From contig JBNJFI010000032.1 in the NCBI GenBank assembly GCA_051746725.1, positions 1 through 20,344 of the forward strand: 20,344 nucleotides of DNA, written 5' to 3'. Positions 15,844 through 20,344 of the stretch are shown piece by piece (positions within the stretch are counted from its first letter, which is position 1; every line of letters begins with the position of its first letter). The position numbers and the translations under genes are program-made. The notes beneath the pieces were generated by a model. It had not been told where the DNA came from, did not search any database, and saw nothing but the letters and a program-made list of their open reading frames with translations. The stretch is from Fusobacteriota bacterium (GTDB lineage: Bacteria; Fusobacteriota; Fusobacteriia; Fusobacteriales; JBNJFI01).

Positions 15844-17550
15844 TTATTTTATTTGTTCTTCTATCTGTTCAACTACATAATCTACTATGTTCTCTATTTT
15901 AATATTTTGATCGTCTCCACCTGTTCTAAATTCTAACTCGACTTCACCATCAGAAACTCCTCTTCCAGCTACTATTTTAATAGGAAATCCTATTAAATCT
16001 GCATCGGCAAATTTAGAACCCACTCGTCCATCTCTATCATCTAAAACAACATCGACTCCTCTAGATTCTAACTCCTCATGTATCTTATTAGCCACTTCCA
16101 TCTGTTCATCATCTTTTGTACTTATAGGAATTATAACAACTTGATAAGGGGCTATTGACATTGGCCAAATTATACCTCTCTTGTCATAATTTTGCTCAAT
16201 AGCTGCTGCCATAGTTCTAGAAACTCCTATTCCATAGCAACCCATAACCATTGGATGCGTTTCTCCTTGATCATCATCAAATATGCAATCCATACTTTCA
16301 GAATATTTTGTTCCTAACTTAAATATTTGTCCAACTTCTATTCCACGTGCTGTCTCAAGTTTTCCGTCACATTTAGGACAAGGTTCTCCAACTTTTACTT
16401 TACGAATATCGGCAACTAAATCTATTTCATAATCTCGTCCATGATTAGTATTTTTATAGTGAATATCTACTTCATTTCCCCCTGTAATATAATTTTTCAT
16501 AGCTTTTACTGTTTTATCCGCTACTATTTTTATCTTTTCAACATCGATAGGCCCTAAAAATCCTCTTTCTAATCCTAAATCTTTTATCTCTTCTTCTGTT
16601 GCAAGTTCAATTTTTGAAGCATTTAAACTATTTTTTAATTTTATCTCATTAACTTCATAACTTCCTTTAACTAAAGCCATTACAAATTTATCATCAGCTT
16701 TAAATAACATAGACTTTACTGTTTTTGAAGGATCAACCTTTATATATTTTGCAACTTCCTTTATAGATTTCTTTCCAGGAGTTGGCGCTTTTTCTAAATC
16801 TAAGTTTTCTTCTGTATCTTCAATTAGGTCGATATCACTTTCTGCTTTTTCTATATTTGCAGCATATTCACATTTATTACAATATAAAACTTCATCTTCT
16901 CCAGAATCTGCCAATACCATTATTTCATGAGTTGTTTCTCCACCAATAGCACCTGAATCAGCTTCAACTGCTCTAAAGTCTAAACCACATCTTTCAAAAA
17001 TTCTATTATATGCCTTATGCATCTTTTGATATTCTTCTTCTAAAGAATCTTCATCTGTATGAAAGCTATAAGCATCTTTCATTAAAAACTCTCTACCTCT
17101 CATAAGTCCAAATCTAGGTCTTCTTTCATCTCGAAACTTAGTTTGAATCTGATATAGGTTTATAGGTAACTCTTTATATGAAGTTATATTATCTCTTACG
17201 ATGTCAGTTATAACTTCTTCATGAGTTGGGCCTAAGACAAAATCTCTTTCATGTCTATCTTTTATTCTCATCAATTCATCGCCCATTTTATCCCATCTAT
17301 CTGTCTCTTTCCATAATTCAGATGGTTGAACAACTGGCATATTTAATTCTTGTAATCCAACTCTATCTAACTCTTCCCTTACTATTGTTTCAACTTTTTT
17401 TAAAGCTTTATAGCCTAATGGTAGATATGAATAAATTCCACTTGCTAATTTTTTTATCATTCCAGATCTGAGCATCAGCTTATGACTTATTACTTCCGCT
17501 TCCTTTGGATCGTCCTTTAATGTTTTTACAAATAAATTACTAAACTTCAT
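15844..17550 (-). CDS. proS: Proline--tRNA ligase, bacterial type with INS editing domain, 568 aa
   Basis: LGPTHEE, YQIQTKFRDERRPRFGLMRGREFLMKDAYSF, INS domain (TPGKKSI, KTVKSM, GFLGP), GIEVGQIF, MGCYGIGVSR. Start moved to ATG 17550 because GGAGGG (17560-17555) is the RBS. Confidence 0.98.
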   Translation of the reverse strand: MKFSNLFVKTLKDDPKEAEVISHKLMLRSGMIKKLASGIYSYLPLGYKALKKVETIVREELDRVGLQELNMPVVQPSELWKETDRWDKMGDELMRIKDRHERDFVLGPTHEEVITDIVRDNITSYKELPINLYQIQTKFRDERRPRFGLMRGREFLMKDAYSFHTDEDSLEEEYQKMHKAYNRIFERCGLDFRAVEADSGAIGGETTHEIMVLADSGEDEVLYCNKCEYAANIEKAESDIDLIEDTEENLDLEKAPTPGKKSIKEVAKYIKVDPSKTVKSMLFKADDKFVMALVKGSYEVNEIKLKNSLNASKIELATEEEIKDLGLERGFLGPIDVEKIKIVADKTVKAMKNYITGGNEVDIHYKNTNHGRDYEIDLVADIRKVKVGEPCPKCDGKLETARGIEVGQIFKLGTKYSESMDCIFDDDQGETHPMVMGCYGIGVSRTMAAAIEQNYDKRGIIWPMSIAPYQVVIIPISTKDDEQMEVANKIHEELESRGVDVVLDDRDGRVGSKFADADLIGFPIKIVAGRGVSDGEVELEFRTGGDDQNIKIENIVDYVVEQIEEQIK

Positions 17551-17713
17551 TATACCCTCCACTTTTATTAGTTTATTTTATATACCATTATTTCCCTCTT
17601 ATTCTTTCCTCTTAATTTTAAAATATAATAAAACTCGATTTATTTTTCCATTTACTACAAATATCAAAATAAAGAGTCGGGATTAATTGTATAAAAATTG
17701 CATTTTTCATATA

Positions 17714-17890
17714 TTAATACTGTGTTTTTGATTGTATCTTTAAAATTATATATATTATTACCGCTATTGGAATCACTGCTATTAAAAGACCCGCTGCTAT
17801 TCTCAATATCGCTAAAAATACAACTATTGCAAATGCATACGCAAGACTTTTTATTATTAGATCTTTTTCACTAGGATTTAAATTTCTCAT
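17714..17890 (-). CDS. Small hydrophobic membrane protein, 58 aa (not in the ORF track)
   Basis: Manual translation: MRNLNPSEKDLIIKSLAYAFAIVVFLAILRIAAGLLIAVIPIAVIIYIILKIQSKTQY*. AAAAGGGGG RBS and two upstream consensus promoters. Confidence 0.78.
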   Translation of the reverse strand: MRNLNPSEKDLIIKSLAYAFAIVVFLAILRIAAGLLIAVIPIAVIIYIILKIQSKTQY

Positions 17891-17934
17891 CTTTCCCCCT
17901 TTTTTGCTAACATGTTATTTATATCTTCTTTATG

Positions 17935-17963
17935 ATTATATCATAATCCATTATCAGTTTCAA
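17935..17963 (-). promoter_or_regulatory. Proximal promoter of the 58-aa ORF
   Basis: Minus strand TTGAAA (17963-17958) - 17 nt - TATAAT (17940-17935) with an extended -10 TG. Confidence 0.65.
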
Positions 17964-18006
17964 TCAATTAATCTTTCAACCTTTTTTGAAAGAACCATAT
18001 ATTCTC

Positions 18007-18035
18007 ATTATACCATATAAATTGAAGTTTTCCAA
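18007..18035 (-). promoter_or_regulatory. Distal promoter of the 58-aa ORF
   Basis: Minus strand TTGGAA (18035-18030) - 17 nt - TATAAT (18012-18007) with an extended -10 TG. Confidence 0.55.
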
Positions 18036-18068
18036 GAGTCCGATGATGTTATTTCTATATATTAATAC

Positions 18069-19406
18069 TTATATTTTCTTTAATACTCTTCCCCAATTTG
18101 AATTTAAATTAATGCCTTGCAAATCAATATATATTTCCTTATCATTTAACATGTCATAATACTTACCATTTATTATATTAGAATCTGATATCTTAACTTT
18201 TTTGTCAGAAGAATTCACTAAAATTAAAGTTTTCTCATCTTCAAATTTTCTATAAAAACCTAACTGTTGAGGTTTAACAAAAGCTGTTTTATAATCGCCA
18301 TACTTAAGACTCTTTAGTTCTTTTCTTATTCTAATTAATTTAGATATGTGGCTACTTATATTATCTTTGAAATTAGAATTCATATAATCTACATTTAAAT
18401 CAGGACGGATTTCATCATCTTTACCATCTCTTTTTTCTCCCTCAATCCCCCATTCGCTTCCATAATATATAGATGGAATTCCAGGCATATTAATAAGTAA
18501 TATATATAACGGAAATAGATGCTTCTCTTCATTTATTCTAGAGGCAACTCGATTTACATCATGGTTATCCGCAAAATTATACAAATTAAGATCTTTATAA
18601 ATTCCTCCCTCACCAAATAATCTTTTCATAGAATGTTCTATTTCAAAGTAGTTTTTGTCATTATGAGATGAAAATAACCCTTTATAGCATTCGTAGTTGG
18701 TTGTAGAATCAAGATTTGCCTCATCTATCCAAGATCTGTAATTACCATGTACAATCTCACCCAGTAACCAAAAATCTTCCTTAATTATTTTTGTTTTCCA
18801 AGACAACTTTTTCATAAAATCAAAATCTAAAACGTCGGCTGCATCTAATCTTATGCCATCAATATCAAATTCATTTATCCAATATTCAGCAGCATTTATA
18901 AGGTGATTAGATACATCTTTGTTTTTCAAATTAAGTTTTACTAATTCATAATGACCATCCCAAGTATCATAAGTGAAATTATCATTACATGGATTGTTAT
19001 GAGAAAAATTAACTCCCTTAAACCAATCTTTATACTGCGACTCCTGTTTATTCTTTTGTAAGTCTTTAAATGCAAAAAAGTCTCTCCCCACATGATTAAA
19101 TACTCCATCTAAAACTACTTTTATATCTGCGTCATGTAATTTTGATATTACGTACTTGAGAGTTTCATTTGTTCCTAATCTTCTGTCAACTTGAAAATAG
19201 TCTGTCGTATCATATCCATGCTTTTTTGATTCAAATAGAGGTCCTAAATATAAAGCATTTATTCCTAAATACTTCATATGGGGGATCCATTCTATTATTT
19301 TTTTCAGTCTTTCCTCTGGAACTATGTTATAATCGTTATACTCGGGAGCTCCTGTAAACCCCAATGGATAAATATGATAGAACACTTTTTCTTCAATTTT
19401 TTTCAT
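18069..19406 (-). CDS. Cytoplasmic GH13 alpha-amylase-family glycosidase (cyclomaltodextrinase/maltodextrin glucosidase-like)
   Basis: FYHIYPLGF, HGYDT, region I DGVFNH, region II GIRLDAAD (nucleophile), region III GEIVH (acid/base), region IV FADNHD, IYYGSEWG. No signal peptide. AAGGAGG RBS. Confidence 0.93.
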   Translation of the reverse strand: MKKIEEKVFYHIYPLGFTGAPEYNDYNIVPEERLKKIIEWIPHMKYLGINALYLGPLFESKKHGYDTTDYFQVDRRLGTNETLKYVISKLHDADIKVVLDGVFNHVGRDFFAFKDLQKNKQESQYKDWFKGVNFSHNNPCNDNFTYDTWDGHYELVKLNLKNKDVSNHLINAAEYWINEFDIDGIRLDAADVLDFDFMKKLSWKTKIIKEDFWLLGEIVHGNYRSWIDEANLDSTTNYECYKGLFSSHNDKNYFEIEHSMKRLFGEGGIYKDLNLYNFADNHDVNRVASRINEEKHLFPLYILLINMPGIPSIYYGSEWGIEGEKRDGKDDEIRPDLNVDYMNSNFKDNISSHISKLIRIRKELKSLKYGDYKTAFVKPQQLGFYRKFEDEKTLILVNSSDKKVKISDSNIINGKYYDMLNDKEIYIDLQGINLNSNWGRVLKKI

Positions 19407-19427
19407 AATATTTCCTCCTTGTTTTTA

Positions 19428-19443
19428 CTTACCGTTAGGTATA
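19428..19443. promoter_or_regulatory. Putative TetR operator upstream of the GH13 gene
   Basis: CTTACCGTTAGGTATA-type site (core TACC-GTTA-GGTA, 19430-19441). It closely matches the reverse complement of the palindrome in the tetR promoter (TATACCGTTTGGTATA). Confidence 0.7.
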
Positions 19444-19453
19444 TAAATAATCT

Positions 19454-19478
19454 AAAAAAAAGGTTTTCCCTCTTTTTT
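19454..19478 (-). terminator. Weak hairpin/U-tract between tetR and the GH13 gene
   Basis: Minus strand AAAAAAGAGG-GAAAA-CCUUUUUUUU immediately after the tetR stop; the G-C core of the stem is very short. Confidence 0.35.
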
Positions 19479-19480
19479 AT

Positions 19481-20053
19481 TTAACTAAATATTCCATGCA
19501 TAAATTGTTTGCATAACTTTCTAGCGGAATCCTTACTTATATCTTCCTCATTTTTAGTATAAAAATAAAATGATATTCCTGAATTTATTAATCCTAAATA
19601 TGAAAATGCAAATTTTTCACTTCTCCCTTTCATATTTCCATGTTGTTTTTCAGCTTCTAGAAATACGGATTCAAGGATACTATATTGTCTCTTTAAATAA
19701 GCAACCATACATTTATAAGGAGTATTTTTTTCAGGAGCAAAGCTCAAGCTCATAATCAATCTATAAAAAAGTGTATTCTTTTTTGCAAAATCAAAATAAA
19801 AAAATATTATTTTTTCCAAAGTTAAAGTTATATCTCCTTCATACTCAGATATATCATTTAGTTTAGAAAAAAAATTATCAAATTTCACTTCCAAAATAGA
19901 TTGTAAGACTCCTTCCTTATTATCAAAGTGATAATACAAAGTTGGTTTTTTTACCCCTGCTCTTTCGACTATTTTTTTAACTCCAACATTATCATATCCT
20001 TCTTTAGCAAATAATTCTAAAGCTATCTCTATTAATTCCTCTTTTTTGCTCAT
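19481..20053 (-). CDS. TetR/AcrR family transcriptional regulator
   Basis: N-terminal ALELFAKEGYDNVGVKKIVERAGVKKPTLYYHFDNKEG helix-turn-helix signature; 190 aa; GAGGAGG RBS. Confidence 0.95.
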   Translation of the reverse strand: MSKKEELIEIALELFAKEGYDNVGVKKIVERAGVKKPTLYYHFDNKEGVLQSILEVKFDNFFSKLNDISEYEGDITLTLEKIIFFYFDFAKKNTLFYRLIMSLSFAPEKNTPYKCMVAYLKRQYSILESVFLEAEKQHGNMKGRSEKFAFSYLGLINSGISFYFYTKNEEDISKDSARKLCKQFMHGIFS

Positions 20054-20073
20054 TATTCCTCCTCTACAAGATC

Positions 20074-20102
20074 AGTATACCAAACGGTATATGAAATGTC
20101 AA
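20074..20102 (-). promoter_or_regulatory. tetR promoter with overlapping palindromic operator
   Basis: Minus strand TTGACA (20102-20097) - 17 nt - TATACT (20079-20074) with an extended -10 TG. The palindrome TATACC-AAAC-GGTATA (20076-20091) covers the spacer and the -10. Confidence 0.8.
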
Positions 20103-20195
20103 GGTTATGTTTTGTATCAGGTTTACATCCGTTGAATTACATATAAACCATATGCATATAAAAAATAACAAGATTTCCTATTATTAATATAAGAA

Positions 20196-20235
20196 AAGCA
20201 CTTAGATAAAGTTTAACTTTTTTATCTAAGTGCTT
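20196..20235. terminator. 15-bp inverted repeat, probable terminator of a minus-strand gene lying mostly outside the window
   Basis: AAGCACTTAGATAAA (20196-20210) - 10 nt - TTTATCTAAGTGCTT (20221-20235). The minus-strand reading continues into UUCUU. Confidence 0.6.
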
Positions 20236-20344
20236 ATATAGATTTCTATAATAATGTTAATGATCTTATAGAACTTCTCGAATAGATTCATTAAAAATTA
20301 TAAATACTATCCTATAAAGTATTTGTCTTTTCTTTTAGAGTCTT

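Noticed and set aside
17563..17713. Possible T-box riboswitch upstream of proS
   Set aside because: No GGTGGnACC T-box motif or terminator/antiterminator pair; only a loose AT-rich imperfect hairpin around 17633-17680.
17226..19755. Plus-strand ORFs 17226-17471, 19169-19357, 19278-19484 and 19570-19755
   Set aside because: Antisense to proS, the GH13 gene or tetR, with no RBS or family features.
20240..20344. 3' end of a gene entering from the right edge
   Set aside because: Two minus-strand frames give only 10-11 codons before a stop, too little to choose a frame.
1..20344. CRISPR array, IS/transposase, integrase, prophage, tRNA or rRNA
   Set aside because: No regularly spaced direct repeats, recombinase motifs or structured-RNA signatures were seen; the long inverted repeats are all different from each other and sit at gene ends like terminators.

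Overview
AT-rich bacterial chromosomal segment (roughly 25-30% GC by eye) with strong GGAGG-type ribosome-binding sites and many near-consensus sigma70-type promoters. An LptD-like gene indicates an outer membrane; a Fusobacteriota-like anaerobe is my inference. Most genes lie on the minus strand. In window order these are: the 5' end of a secreted protein, uvrA, a large apparently non-catalytic starch-binding lipoprotein, a 107-aa hypothetical, a Bax inhibitor-1/YccA gene, thrS, an unusually long acidic LptD-like protein and an orphan OmpR-family response regulator. A divergent plus-strand block follows (DRTGG-domain protein, PHP phosphoesterase, stand-alone HATPase, then trxA). The minus strand resumes with a ZnuA-like binding protein, proS, a 58-aa membrane protein missing from the ORF track, a cytoplasmic GH13 glycosidase and a TetR regulator. 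I saw no mobile elements, CRISPR arrays, tRNAs or rRNAs. The items most worth follow-up are: (1) the DRTGG-PHP-HATPase trio detached from its usual hydrogenase genes; (2) the multi-module starch-binding lipoprotein; (3) a palindromic operator shared by tetR and the GH13 gene; and (4) the small membrane ORF with two tandem promoters.
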